A stretch of 64,000 nucleotides of DNA from Camelus dromedarius (Eukaryota): positions 77,378,001-77,442,000 of the forward strand of contig NC_087437.1 in the NCBI RefSeq assembly GCF_036321535.1, written 5' to 3'. Under the pieces are notes generated by a model that worked only from the letters and a program-made list of their open reading frames with translations, searched no databases and was not told the origin of the DNA. A program made the translations under genes and the position numbers. Shown here piece after piece: positions 37,435 to 50,755 of this stretch; position 1 is the stretch's first letter; each line of letters starts with the position of its first letter.

Positions 37435-38787
37435 TCTCTTAGATTCTATAGATGTGATATATATTAGATGTACAGTAGGGGAAAACCCTGCTACTGGCAT
37501 AATATGGGTAGAAACTGGGAGGTCCATTTCAATGACACAATCTTGGATATCCCTTATCCCCCCCACCCCAAAAAGCCTAATTAGCCAAGAAAGGAACTTT
37601 GTGAGCAGATAATGTTTGGTAGGGGCAGGACCTGGTTTAAAGACAAGTTATGTACTTTGAGTGCTGTCAAATCAACAAAACTCTACTACTTGAATTTAAC
37701 AGCTGAATGAGGCCACCCACACTTTCAGTTCCAGTTCCACACATCATAAGACTGTCTCTAGCAGCACCAGCAGAACAGCACCATTCAATAACCAGAGAGT
37801 CATATTATTTTAACTACTAAAATATTGTGTTGTCTAAGGAAATAGAAATTACCTTTTACATTAGCTTATCTCCAAAAAGAGACTGAGATTCCTTTCTAAT
37901 TTTTTGCTTTAAAATGGAAAACCACTCAGTTTTATCAAAGCTTCAATCATTAAGCGCAACTGTCATTATTTGTCAGTAGGCAGTCAGTTTCTCTGCTGTT
38001 TTATAATAACAGTTTCTCTAACTTGACAGAGTTTAATAAATGAGTTTAAGATCAAGAGCATTCTAAGACCTGAGGATTATTTCTGTCAATCTAACTGGGT
38101 AACATTTAAAACATCCTGGATTCGTATTCCAAAAGTGGAGATCTTTGAGAGATCAGGGCATTTTAGTACTCTGAACTTTCAGTGACATTTAGAATCTCTC
38201 AGAAGGAAGTGAAGTGGTGACTTTTATGTTTTAACGTTTCCAAAGACTTTCATGACGTCAAATGATAAGAGCTCAACAAATCCTTCCAGCAACTGGCCTT
38301 CCAGCAGCTTGCCTCTGCGTTGTAACATTTAAGTACATGAGATTTCAGTCATTAAAGACCTCTCAATATTTATCAACCACTAATTTGCTTTCTATATTTG
38401 TCTTCCCAAGTAAATTCCAGTATCTTCAGGATATTGCCCCCCAGTGACTTTCTTCTGCTACCAAGAGTAATTGGTGAGGATTTGGCTTTTATTATGAAAG
38501 AAATGAAAGAACTAGGCAGGCAGAGTTACTAGGAGGGATCTTAAAGGTACAATCAAGTCATATTAACAGACAGGGTTTCCTGGTATTTTATTTTTAATGT
38601 AAGCAGATAGTTTACTGATGAGATGAGCTGAACGTTTTTTTCCTAAAAGTTTACTCTGAATATTTACTATGTTTTAAAATTTGCAATTTTATTCTCCATT
38701 TTTGCCAGTTAAGCTAAAAAAAATTGTCTTTGATTAACTTTTATATACTTAGGAGGAAACAATATGAAAAGGATTAAAACAATGATG

Positions 38788-38961
38788 AACACACACACAA
38801 AAATAAAAGCCATTTTCTCATGACAATTATTTTAAATTGGAGCAAATTACAATAAACTGACTTTAGTAAACACCCATACACACACACACACACACACAAA
38901 GAGCCACACTCTCATAATAATACTTTAAATTGGAGCAAATTACAATGAACAGATTTTAGTA
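38788..38961. repeat. Two-unit ~93-bp tandem duplication, each unit led by (CA)n
   Basis: tttaaattggagcaaattacaat is identical at 38831-38853 and 38924-38946; flanks also align. Confidence 0.9.
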
Positions 38962-39904
38962 GTTTTTAACATGACAAACTTTAGATCCAAAGTCTCTTTA
39001 CCAGAATTATTTTGTGGAACTGAAACCTCTCTGAAAACACAAATTGCGATGCCTTTAAATTGAGCAGAGGAAAATAAACGTTTCTCAGCAAACACTCCTG
39101 ACCTTATAAGGCTTCGGGAAGTGCGTGGAGGTAAGGTCTTTCCTGAAGTGTCATCATCTCTGAGGACAGAAAAGGGATCTAGTTGCTAAGTGACGTTCTA
39201 ATTCTCATGGCTGGGCCTGCTGTCTGGAAAAAAGTCATGCTCCATTTAGTAATTCCAATGTTTCTTCCTCTTCCTGTAAATGAAGGGTGAGGGAGTGGGG
39301 AACACATTCATTCACAGAAAAGGAATAGAAATATGTATCCCATGGGAAGGAATCATTTTTAGAATTGTCTAAAAATACATATTTGGGCAGGTCAGATGAG
39401 ATTTTGCAATATTATCACAGAGGCCATTAGGTTTGTATACTGGTTTTGGATGTGTGTTCATTTCTGAAGCAAGAGTCATTTTGAAGAACTAGGAAAATGG
39501 TTTTGCTAAAGAGAGAAATTATTATATGGCTAATTCCTGTGTATCTAGTTCAAACCAACTCCCCCGAGCAGAACTTACAGATATCTACGACATTTAAAAA
39601 GTAATAGTCTAATTACAATTCCTTACCAATGACATTATCCTCGTAATATAGCCTTACAAGTTATAGTCTTTTTAATTTAGTCTATAAATTTTATGACTTA
39701 TTAAATAGGTCATAAAAATAACCGGGCAAGGGAAAATTGAGACGTTGCAGGAGAAATCCAGGTCATAGAGCTCATCAGGCACAGTTGACTAGGAAACTGA
39801 TCATTCTTGGATGCTGCTGATCTGAGGCATGGATTGGTTCTCATCGCAGCTAATCGGGGCCGTTTGAGAATAGGCGCAGGGGGGTGTATGAGGGGCACAG
39901 ATTA

Positions 39905-40070
39905 CAGACAGGAGGACTGGTTTCCAGGCTTCATTATATCCCTACTCCCCATCACCTACTATGTGATCTTAAGACAAGATTTTAACCTCTTTAAACACTC
40001 AGGTTCAAAACTGGGAGTGAGAACCAAATAATTTCTAAAGCTTTCTCTGGCTCTAAGTTCTGTGGTTCCA
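39905..40070 (+). mobile_element. MIR-family fragment
   Basis: cacctactatgtgatcttaagacaagattttaacctctttaaacactcagg...tctaaagctttctctggctctaag. Confidence 0.6.
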
Positions 40071-40941
40071 TGTTGTATTATAGTTAGCTCTTTCTCAATT
40101 GTGAAAGAAGACTGTGTTTTTCTTGTGTTTTCATTCAAGTCAATATTTCACCTGAAAATTAACCTCAGTTTTCTTTTCTGAAATTCATCATTAGACTTTC
40201 TGACTTACATTTCTATTTATCTATGAGACAAACAAGACACATCATGCCCTGTCTTTCAGAGAAAAGCCACATCTGTCTAAATGATCAAAATGGAAGGAAC
40301 TGAGGTCACACTCCTCCTGAGATGATGTTCGGTGTCTGCACGGGGGGCTGCTTTCTCTCAAGAGGGTAAAGCAGGTTTTTGTTCCTCTTTAGCACCTCGT
40401 CCCTTTAGCCCCTTCAACACCATCACACTATCCATGTAGCTATATATGATTTTCTTTACTGAAGTCAGTGCAATTTAAGATGAGAACTAAACAAAAGAGA
40501 GAAAGTAAAGCTTTATGTGAATAGTATATTCTCAGTTTCCAATGTAAAAACATAAGAGTTGAGCTCTTCACAAAGGAGTCCACTCACAGGAACCTCCCCC
40601 ATACTTCCTAACTTACTCCCCTGAACCCCCATAATCAAATTAACAGCAGTCTCTTCTAGTGCTTACTTTTCTAAAACTTTTGTTCGCTAATCTTCACTCA
40701 CTTTTTATCAGGAAACTTTAGCACAACCTATCCCTGGATATATTCTTCTAGAGTGTATTTTTCCATATTTACACTATAAATTTTGAATTCTCGTAGGGAA
40801 AGGATTTTTACCATGAAATAAAGAGACAGGGACCAACTAACTGCCCAAACCATTCCTTAAGATGGAGGAGAAAAACAAGTAAACTTCCCTCTGGGTCCTT
40901 ATCTTTGTCCTAAATCAGAAAAGTGAAGTGAAGAACCTGTT

Positions 40942-41036
40942 TGTTTGTTTGTTTATTTATATGGAGGTACTGGGGACTGAACCCAGGACCTCATGCATGC
41001 TAGGCATGTGCTCTACCACTGAGCTATACCCACCCC
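40942..41036 (-). mobile_element. tRNA-Ala-derived SINE (camelid vic-1-like), short tail
   Basis: tggaggtactggggactgaacccaggacctcatgcatgctaggcatgtgctctaccactgagctatacccacccc; (TTTG/TTTA)n tail; 13-bp TSD tgaagaacctgtt / tgaagaggctgtt at 40929-40941 and 41039-41051. Confidence 0.92.
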
Positions 41037-42184
41037 ATTGAAGAGGCTGTTCAGATCAAGAGATATTATCCTGCTTTTTTTCTACTATCCCAGTTATTTG
41101 GAGGTGTCTGGCCTGTGTGAAGGAAGAAGATGCTACATGAGAGTAGGTCAGAACTTACTAAAATCCAGCTTTAGCAGTGAAATGCAGGAGCCAGCTGAAC
41201 CTTCATAAAAGCAAAAGCTAAGTCTTGACTGCGAAATGAACCATAGGAAGTGACTTAGCTGGCTTGTCTAAGGGATTTCCAGCTGTCTGGTGATGAGGGA
41301 GCTCTGATTTCTATTTATGAATAGAGTTCTTGGGAATAGAATCTAATTATCCTATTTCCACGGAATACCACCCACCGATTCATTAAAGTAATCCCTAGTT
41401 ACTCTGGTTCCAGTACTGGTGGAACCACCAATATGGTGACTCTACCATCTGGGAAGCCAAAAGATTGTTCTACCACATGTAAATATGTGCATTGATGAGG
41501 TTTATTAAGTGTTGTTTCGTTTTGAGACTGGTATTCTCACCCCACACAGATAGATCCTGTAGTCATTGAGAAATAAACAGAAAGGTCAGGTGTGTATGAA
41601 AATGTCTTACTGACTTATATCTGATAAAGTTAGATTAGAAACCATCTCCTGCCCTTGAAACCAAAGTGGGTGACTTCACATGTCTGGGCATTGGGACTTA
41701 CATTTGGAGAGAGTTGGGTCTGCAAAGCAGCACATGCTCTGTCAGCTGCCTCTCAGTAAGCTGCACACAGAGGACTCAAGAGGAAAGGTCACACATGCTT
41801 AGCAACCTTGAGCATATTGACATCGAGCAGGAGAAGAAAGAGATGCAGATCAGTGTAAGTCAGACTCCCACCATCATTCCCCTCATATAAATCACCTCTC
41901 CATCCAAGGAAAGGAGCAAGTGAAAGGTCAAAGAAAGGTAAATGGTCTCACTGTGATACTTTTGAATGAGTGGAAGTTCCTTATTTGTGAACAAAGTAGG
42001 ACATGGGAGTGGGGAGTGGATGGTTTGCCTTATGATGGTAATGAGGCTGCTAACTTTTAGCAGATTAACCCGAGTTTATACTCTGAGCTGAATGTTATTT
42101 TTTTCAAATAAATGATTATAAACCTGGACCCTATCTAATAATTGTAATAGTGCTGCTATTTGTTTCTTCAGAGCTTGTAGTAGA

Positions 42185-42545
42185 TTCATTTCTTTATTTA
42201 CTCAGCAAACATAAGAGTTCTTACTTCAAGATAGATACTAGGAATACAACAGTGCCTTTGAAGAAAGCATGAAATACTTGAGGAAATAAACAAGTGGGTA
42301 AACAGCTGCAATATACAGTGGGAAGTGTCACAGCAGAGGAGAACAAAGGGGAAGGAGTCGCAGAGGTGGTGACACTGAAATAGAAGCTTGAAAGGGGAAT
42401 AGGAGTTGAACTGTCAGGCGAAGAGAGGGGAAGGCTTTCTAGGCAGAAAGAGAACAGTGTGCCCAAAGGTGTGGGAAAGCTACACTACTTCACGGACTTT
42501 GGATAAGGAGTGTGGTTTGCCTGGAATTCAAGGGACATGAGAAAG
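42185..42545 (-). mobile_element. L2 fragment
   Basis: ttcatttctttatttactcagcaaacat...gaggtggtgacactgaaatagaagcttgaaagggga...ttctaggcagaaagagaacagtgtgcccaaagg. Confidence 0.7.
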
Positions 42546-43039
42546 GTGGATTTCTTCATTTGCCTGAATTGCCATAGTGCCACTTCTTTCCCAGGACGTC
42601 ACTTCATACTTTCTTGCAAATGACTTATTACACCCTCTTTCCTCTTCAGTGTCAAGACAACAAAAAAATAGAGCAATATTATTCTTTAATGCCTTTTCCT
42701 ACTTTCACAAAAAGAAGAGTACAATCTAGAAAGGTCATGGTTTATTTCTTGGTAGTCTTTTCCTTCATATCTTCCTTTGGAGAAGAAAGTTTTCTTACAT
42801 CTATACTTTGTTTTGCTTAGAAAGTAAGCCCAACTTTTCCCATATATATTTTTTAAAATTATTAACTGCTATGTCTATACCTGGGGAAATTTGCTGAAGT
42901 TCTTTCCTAGGACTCTTGTTTGCCCAACTACATCGTACTCCATGAACTCATAAGAGAAGTTGTCTCATTAAGAGAAGCAGAGGTGATGAATATACCATGC
43001 CTGAGAATTCAGAATACCTAGAGATGACAGGGCAAAATT

Positions 43040-43470
43040 TGATCACGGAAAATTAGGCAAGGGTCAGCTGATTAAGAGCCTTGAACTTTTCATAAAGAAA
43101 TCATTTTAAGGAAGCAACATGATCATATCTGTGTCTTAAAAAAAAAAAAAAGGTTGCAAGGAATGGACTTTAAGTGAGAACACTGAAGATATGAAGGGAG
43201 ACTATTAAACCGCTGCAATATTCTTGGGATTCAACAATTATTGGAACTTAACTAGGGTGAGGTTAATAGAAGAAAGGAGTGGCTCTAAGAGGTATTTAGG
43301 AGGTCAGTCTGACAGGATGAGGTGGAAGAGTTGGAGAATTCAAGAATAGAACCCTTTGCTTAGATTAGAAACACAGCAGGAAAGGAAGGGAGTCTGTGGG
43401 ACAGTGAGTGGAAAAAAAAATACTGAATTTAATTCTGGACATTTTTAGCTTGAGGCCTCTCTGGAGCAAT
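43040..43470 (-). mobile_element. L2 fragment
   Basis: ttttaaggaagcaacatgatcatatctgtg...gaggtatttaggagg...ttaattctggacatttttagcttgaggcctctctggagcaatc. Confidence 0.6.
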
Positions 43471-44769
43471 CAGATCACAATTCTTTTGGAATATGTTAAA
43501 GCCAGTAAAAGGCAGAGTAGGAGTGGATTTGATTTTTTAAAAAACTGACAAAATTACATTGGAAGTGGAACTGCTCTGTAAAGTGTATTTGGCATGAAAT
43601 GCTCTTTTGATGTTGTTTTCAAGGAGTATGATTACAAAAATCAGTTATCTATGTGGGTTTTCTATAACCTTACTATAATGTCACTTACTTTTCAGCCCAA
43701 GCTGAGGTAACTTGTCATAGACTAAAGACCCATGAAAGATGGGTGTGCTTAGGCAATCAAAAACAAGTTTAAAAATTCTAGAGTCAGATAATAAAGGAAA
43801 AAATTCTTAGCAGAATATAGACTACTTCAGTCAAATCTCCACTTCCCTTTCATTGCTTACTCAGTGCCAGGGGGTATTTCTATTCTGTCAAGTCTCAGGT
43901 AACATTTCCAATGAAACATTGTTTCTTGACGCTTCAACATATCTTCCACAATGAGATAAAATTTCCTTAGTTAAGATCCATCTCCTTTTTGCGGGCTCTA
44001 AAATAAGAGACTTAAATAATAAATGAGAAATGTGTTCTGAAATATATAAATCCAGAAAAATGGCCAGTCTCTTAGGATTTTATGAATAGCCTACTTTCGT
44101 GGACTATCATCAAAAATTATCTGTGAATTACTTAGAATATTAAATTGCAGTTATCTATATGAATAATGATGAGGTCTTAAAATGCTATATTTTTCTTCAG
44201 GGGATTAAAAATAAGCAGATGAATGTGCTCTACATCTCTCTTGATTCGCATAGTCAAGGTCACCAATTGCTGTAGAGAAGCTATTCACACCCAGTAAATA
44301 CTGCATTTCCAAATGGAATAAAATTGTATCTTACAGGTTTTTCCGACTGGGTAACGGGTGATATTCCCAGGAGGCCTCTTTTTGGCAGCACAAGTGAGGG
44401 GTGAACTGAAGTTCACCTAAATGCCCAGTAGTCTGAGAAATGGAAAACAGAGGATGGTTATACAGGACAGAATTCTAGCAAGGCTTTACATTCCTAAATA
44501 ATAACGTTTAAGACTATAGAAACTTCTGCCCTGAAAAAATAGATAAAATTTACTATGTTATTCCCTAAGTCTGCGTTGGGTCTCCTACAAGTCCAGTTTC
44601 TATGAATATGCAGTATACTGGAAATAGGCAAACAACACAGTCTAGATTTACAGGTAATGTTAAATAATTATTTGAATATCTTATAACAATCCTATGCTAA
44701 AGGAGTAAGTTTTAGATTAAAACCTATACCATTTCCCAAGGCATATGAGTGATATGTTTATTTAACTAG

Positions 44770-45200
44770 TTTTTAACAAAAATAACAATGCATTTATAGA
44801 GTAAAACTATCCAAGAGAAGAAAGGCAGTTATAAGAATGAAAGCTTCCTCCTTCCGCAGCCACCAGTACCCATGTTCTGTAGACACCCCCACTTTCCTCC
44901 CTCTCAATATACCCTTAAGGAACGACTGTCACCAACTATTAGTTTGTTGTATATTCTATTTGAGAAATCATCTAGATATACAAGTATATACGCTATCTAT
45001 CTATAGATCTATCTATAGCTAGATCTACCTTTTTAACACAAATATGAACACATCATAACCTATTATGAAGTTTAATTTTGTTTTCAATTAATACATCTTG
45101 AATAGTTTCATATTAAGGAATAAAGAACTACTTTTTTTTTCTTTTTCATTTTGTAAGCAGGGTGTTCCATTGTATGACTGAGCCATAATTTTAGAAGTAG
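44770..45200 (-). mobile_element. Old L1 (L1ME-like) 3' fragment
   Basis: caactattagtttgttgtatattc...ttttcaattaatacatcttgaatagtttcatatt...gtgttccattgtatgactgagccataatt. Confidence 0.55.
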
Positions 45201-45618
45201 CCTTTTCCTAAACGTTCCATAGGTTTGGTGAGACACCATACGGCCTTTGAGGGCTCAAGAGTAGAAAAATCCAGTTGCTGTTCACATCAGTAGCAATTCC
45301 ATTTCTCTTTGCTGAGTAATTTTATAGGTAAAGGGGGAGCCCCTCCTCTGCCTGCTCCGCTCAAGTATAGGAATCCCACTCTGTTCTGCCTTGGGGAGTT
45401 TTAATCTTCCAGATACAGACTCTCAAAACACTTAGATCCTTGACATGTTAAACTGAAAAAGTCAGTGTAATTACAGATGGATATTTCCTCCCTCTTTACA
45501 CTTAATCTGAACCTTCAAACTGTTTTATATTGAACATATATTAAATTGGGCACCTCATTTTTATAAACAATAATAAAGAACTTAAGAGGACTGCAAGGTC
45601 AGGGGAAATGCTTGGTCA

Positions 45619-45750
45619 GAGGAAGTTTGTGCATCTGACTGCTCGCAAGAGTCATAGATATTGTTGGTAAGCTTCTGCCTGTTGCTTAATAGACTGGGAT
45701 TCTTGAGTCAGGAAGTGAATTCCTGAGATAAATAATCAGTGGGAATTTCT
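45619..45750. promoter_or_regulatory. Candidate enhancer with an ETS / AP-1 / GATA / NF-kB-like motif cluster
   Basis: gaggaagt 45619-45626; tgagtca directly followed by ggaagtg 45704-45717; agataa 45726-45731; gggaatttct 45741-45750; motif reading only. Confidence 0.35.
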
Positions 45751-46829
45751 CGTGTCCTTTCTCAGAGTCTTTTTTTGAAGACCATCAGCAAAAATGACTT
45801 ACCATACTGGAATTTAGGGAGAGAATTGATCTCCAAAGTTTACTCAGTTCCTAAGCTTGTATGTCATGAATTCCACAGTCAATACCCACTATCAGAACTC
45901 ACAAACCAGGGTATATAGCCAGGTAAAGTCCACTGTTCCCCAGCCAAGTCTCAGAACCCCACAAGCTGCCCTCTAAAGAACCCGGCTCCTATAGGACACA
46001 GCCCACTCCTCTAATTCAGTAAAACTGGGAATCTTTATAGGACTGTGTGTTGCTACTTAAGTTTTCTTCTTTACTCTCAGAGAGCTAATCATTTAATTGT
46101 ATTTTACTGAAAATAATACTAAAACTTGATAGTGTGGGACTCTATTTTGAAAGATTACAGGTGGAGAAAAAGAACTTAATGTGTCTGCAAGCATACTTTA
46201 TTTTCAGAGGAAAGAATATTCCTAACCAGATCACCAATTCAGGAGAGCTCATGCTTTAAATGCATTCCCTTCCCAATGATACAGCCTTCCATGTACTTCA
46301 TGTCGATCTGGATTATTAGATAAAATTCAGCCTAGGTTTTAACTCCTAAGATTCAATTCTATATTAATTCTTCTAGACTCCAGTGTTTTTCTATCTGGCA
46401 GTGAATTCAAAACTGAGGGATGTGGACCTTTCCCGACTCTGTATCCAGTCTCCATACTTCCATACACTATTCTCCTCTATATGGGAAGTTCTCCTGATGT
46501 TCAGCACTTACCCAAAATTCTGTTGCACTACCCCAGCCACTAGGCTAAATGACCTGATATCAATGAACACATGTTTGTGGGAGCTTGTTGTGCCCATTAG
46601 GCACTAAGCATTGGGCAGCCTCTGCACAGGGCAGTTTTCTGAGGCATTGTCTGTGGCTAAGTGAATTTGCCCAGCTCTTCCCTGCCTTTATCTTTGGCTG
46701 GATCTTGGTTGCCCCTTTCTTAACACCTCACATTATCCTAGTTGTAGAATGTCTCATTCCTGAATTTACCTAAGTTACCAAAATTACATTTGCCAGAATT
46801 CTTCATAACAACTAAGTCTTCCTTTTCTG

Positions 46830-47108
46830 GCCATCAGTCGTATCCTGAGCTGGCACTATTCCAGCTGATAAAGCCATGGGCTCAAGAAAGCTATTCTTGA
46901 TCCCCTAGGACAGGACTAACTGTCAATTACAATTCCTTTACAATTCCTGCCACAATACCTTCTATTTCTGCCAATTGGCACTTATCACATTGTATCGTGA
47001 TTGACTGGTAAAATTGTGCCCTACTCATCGTCCTAGCCCAGTGTCTTGCAGATTGCCTGGCCTGTAAAAGTGCTCCATAAATCTTCACTAAATGAGTAAA
47101 TGAATGAA
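46830..47108 (+). mobile_element. L2 3' fragment
   Basis: ggcacttatcacattgtatcgtgattg...gcctggcctgtaaaagtgctccataaatcttcactaaatgagtaaatgaatgaa. Confidence 0.65.
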
Positions 47109-48964
47109 AGTTGGAGCCAAAGGAGAAAGTACAATCATAGAGAGGGATACACGAACAGAGAAGAACAGAAATGTGGCATAACCACCACCGATAGTTTCTC
47201 CAAAAGTATGTGTGTGTTAGAAGTTAGTCTGACACATAACCATGAGTAAACCTTGCATAAGCCTGCCCATGTATGGCAATATGGTAAGTGATGATGAAGT
47301 GACAGGGATTCTGAACTAGAGAGTGGAGCAATTTTTGAGAAAATGTGTTATAAAGAACAGTTGGAGAAGGAATGTAAATGCATTTTGCACAGATTGTTTG
47401 AAAGGCATTAACATGCAAGATGGCAAAATGATATTTAAGGAATATATAATCCTATGTGCTTTGGTGTGTGTGTGTGTATGTTTCCTTCTGAAGTATAACT
47501 TTAGTAAAATAAAGTATTATATAAATGTGTAAATGATTCAAACACTACTATGACAACAAAACAATGTGTGCGGTGAAATAAAAGCGAAACATCTCAAAAT
47601 GCTAACAGAGTATCTTGGTGAAATAATTATGGGTGATATTTTTAATACTATTTAGTATTTTCCAAATTTTATTTAATAAGTATATAATGCCTTAACCCTT
47701 TACAGAGTTTCTATCCTTTTTTCGCATAGATTAATTTAGTGAACAAAAGAATATAGTTCCCATAGCAACTAGACAAGCTACAAATCTCTCTCCTTGAGTA
47801 AACAGAATTTTAACCATTGACTCTTTTCAACACAAAAAAGCAGTAAAACTCTATATTACAAGAATTGTTGATGCCAAACCAAACATATCATTATACCCTT
47901 AAGCACTAATTATTATTACAAAAAAAATTTTTTAATGCTATAATGATGCTTGCAAGCAGAGACCTACATTTTTTCCCTGTACTATAACAAGTGTCTCCAA
48001 GAAGGTGGGGCACCCAAACATGCTGACTAAGAGTTCTTATCTATCCTTTTCCATCTGTAAATGCAAAATCATGCATATATAGGTAAACACATACCACAGA
48101 CATACTGCTAATGTCATATGTGAGTCCAGTGCTTATTTCAAAAAAAGAGGAAATGTGTCAATGGAGTTCAATCAAGCAAACAAACTATAGGAGCTCCATC
48201 CCTGTACTCTGAGTAGGGTAGGGGTCAGATGGGAAACCAAACACTGCATCTATGAGCATATTTATGTGTATGTGTGGATAGACAGGTAGAGAGATAAGAT
48301 AGATCCCTGCCTCCAAGTATCTAAATATATCGTAAAATCATCAGAATAAATATTTCTCTACTTTTATGAAAAATATAGTAAGATCACTGAGATTTTTGGT
48401 ACTACCACAACTTTTACATTGTGCCCATTTTATTTTTAAGAACTGAGTTACAGAAGCTTTAAAAAATTCCAATTATTTATTTAAAAGAAATAGCTATTGG
48501 TTCTGGCCATCATATCAAAACTATAATTACAGGTAATATCATTTCAGGCCAATGTCAACTGAAATATGGTCTGACTTGTATTAACAGAATTTTGCTCACC
48601 AGCAAAATTACTAGAACATCAATTACTAGGACATACTTCCTTTTAATTAATTTTAAAATTATGAATTTCCGTTATGCCCATTCATTTACAAAAGAAAAAT
48701 CTTGAATTATAATAGCCTCTGTAATGCATTCTCTGGCTTCAATAATTAAATTTCAATCTGACAAAAATTGATTGGGTTTTATGAGGGAAGATCACAGAAG
48801 CTAGTTTTTTAAACATATAGAAGAAATTTATAATGGTGTTAAACTTTATCTTTGAGATTTAATTACAAAATGCATGAATATCAGAATAATCTGATTATAG
48901 AAAAATCAGAGTTTTACTTTTAATTTATGTGGTAAATATGAATTTTATTTGATGAAACATTTTG

Positions 48965-49395
48965 ACAACTATCATAACAAATTAACTCCCAAATTTTAGT
49001 CTGTCAACATCATAGTAATTTCTCATTCATGTGATGTGATTCTAGTGTTTATCATTCTCACATCAGTGACTTTTCTCTATCTGGTAATTCAAGGACCCAG
49101 GATTCTTCCACTTTGTTTCTTCACCTCATAAGGTCTTGGACTTAATCGGTAGGTACTTGACAAAAGGGGAGAAAAGAGCATAAGGAAATACATCTATTTT
49201 GTAAATACCTTGACCTACAAGTGATACATTCTACTGCCAGTCACATTCCACAAAGTAAGAATTAGCCACACAGCCCACTGAGTTGCAAGTGGAGCTGGGA
49301 AATGTACTCCCCTAGCTGGGGAGTCACTTCCCAGCAAAAAGTACCGTAGAAGGAAAGTGCAAATTTTGATGAACACGTCATCATATCTACCTCCC
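48965..49395 (-). mobile_element. Old MaLR LTR (MLT1I/J-like)
   Basis: ggtaattcaaggacccagg...aagtgatacattctactgccagtcacattcca...gcaagtggagctgggaaatgtactccc. Confidence 0.7.
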
Positions 49396-50269
49396 TAGCA
49401 ATGATAATAAAAATATTTTATTGATATTTATTTACCTATGACAAACATGTTTGATGTGTTTAATATATATGTCATTTAACAACCCTATGGGGTAGGAAAT
49501 ATTCTTTAACCTATTTTACACATAAAGAAACAGGCACAGAGACTACTCCAGAATACTTTTTACAAAGTATTTTCTTAGCATAGAAATTGAATCTTACTCT
49601 AATTTTTCATAGGAAATAGTAAATTTCATTTATATACAATATCAAAATGGAATGTATACAGAAATATAAATCAAAGGATAAAGATTTTATTTTAATAAAT
49701 CGAAGTAATGTTGGATGTATCATAAAGCAATACCTCATGCTGCTTTTACAACCAGTCTCATTTTTTTAATTTTCATACATGGAATTACTTCTTGATTAGT
49801 AAATGTTTTCAGGTGCTTTTAACTTACAAATACTAGGAATTTGATTGCTGTGTCATTTGTTTCTCTCACGTAAAGAGATAGTTACCAAAGAGAATGAAAA
49901 GTTAATTTTGTCTATAGGCCAGTACTTCTGATTTGGTAAGTTTAACCTAAGGACTTTGATCATTTCCATCACTCTGCTTTAGATTTGAGCAAATCGAGAA
50001 AGGGTTTACTAGCTACCTGATGACTGAGTAGCCTGCATTAAGCTATTAAAAAACATTGTTTTGCAATGACTGAAAATTTGCAAAAATGCTGAAACTTCAT
50101 ATTTCATAATAGAATGGTTAGAGGACACAACACACACAAGTTAAAAATATGAAATCATTATTTCTCTTTTCCATTTCTCCACATTGTGATCTTTTATTCT
50201 ATAATTGATCTTGGCCAAATAATTAAATATCACTGTTTATAATATTTGTCATTTTACAGTGTTTGGAAT

Positions 50270-50755
50270 CCATTATGTTTGTATTTGACTGCATTCCACA
50301 GAGAACATGAACTATGGGGGGCTTAATCAGATAGGTTGTTCATTTTTCTCATGTAACAAGTTGTCTGAGGGTAGCAGTCCAGACTGATGAGGTAGCTTTA
50401 TGATGTCATTAATTCTTCAGGCTCCATTCTTCCTGTCCCTACTGTGTAAAACAAATACGTTTCTATCCTCATGGTTGCAAGTTGACCTTATACCTCCAGT
50501 CATCCTGTCTGAGTTCTAGGCCGAAAGCAGTGGAAAATGCAAATGCAAAAGTGTTTCATCTTAGCAAGATTTGCCTTTTTATTTAGGAAGGAATGCTTTT
50601 CCTAGTGTCTTCTCACATCTTGCTGTCTAGTACTGGGTCACACAGCCACTTCCAAATGCCAGAGAATCTGTTTTCAGCTGGACACATTATTATCTTAAAC
50701 AAAAGTCAGAGTTCTATGAGAAAGAAGGGTTCAGGTAGTAGTAGTGTATTTTGTC
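50270..50755 (-). mobile_element. Old MaLR LTR (MLT1K/L-like)
   Basis: gtatttgactgcattccacagagaac...ggcttaatcagatagg...atcctcatggttgcaag...actgggtcacacagccact. Confidence 0.6.
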
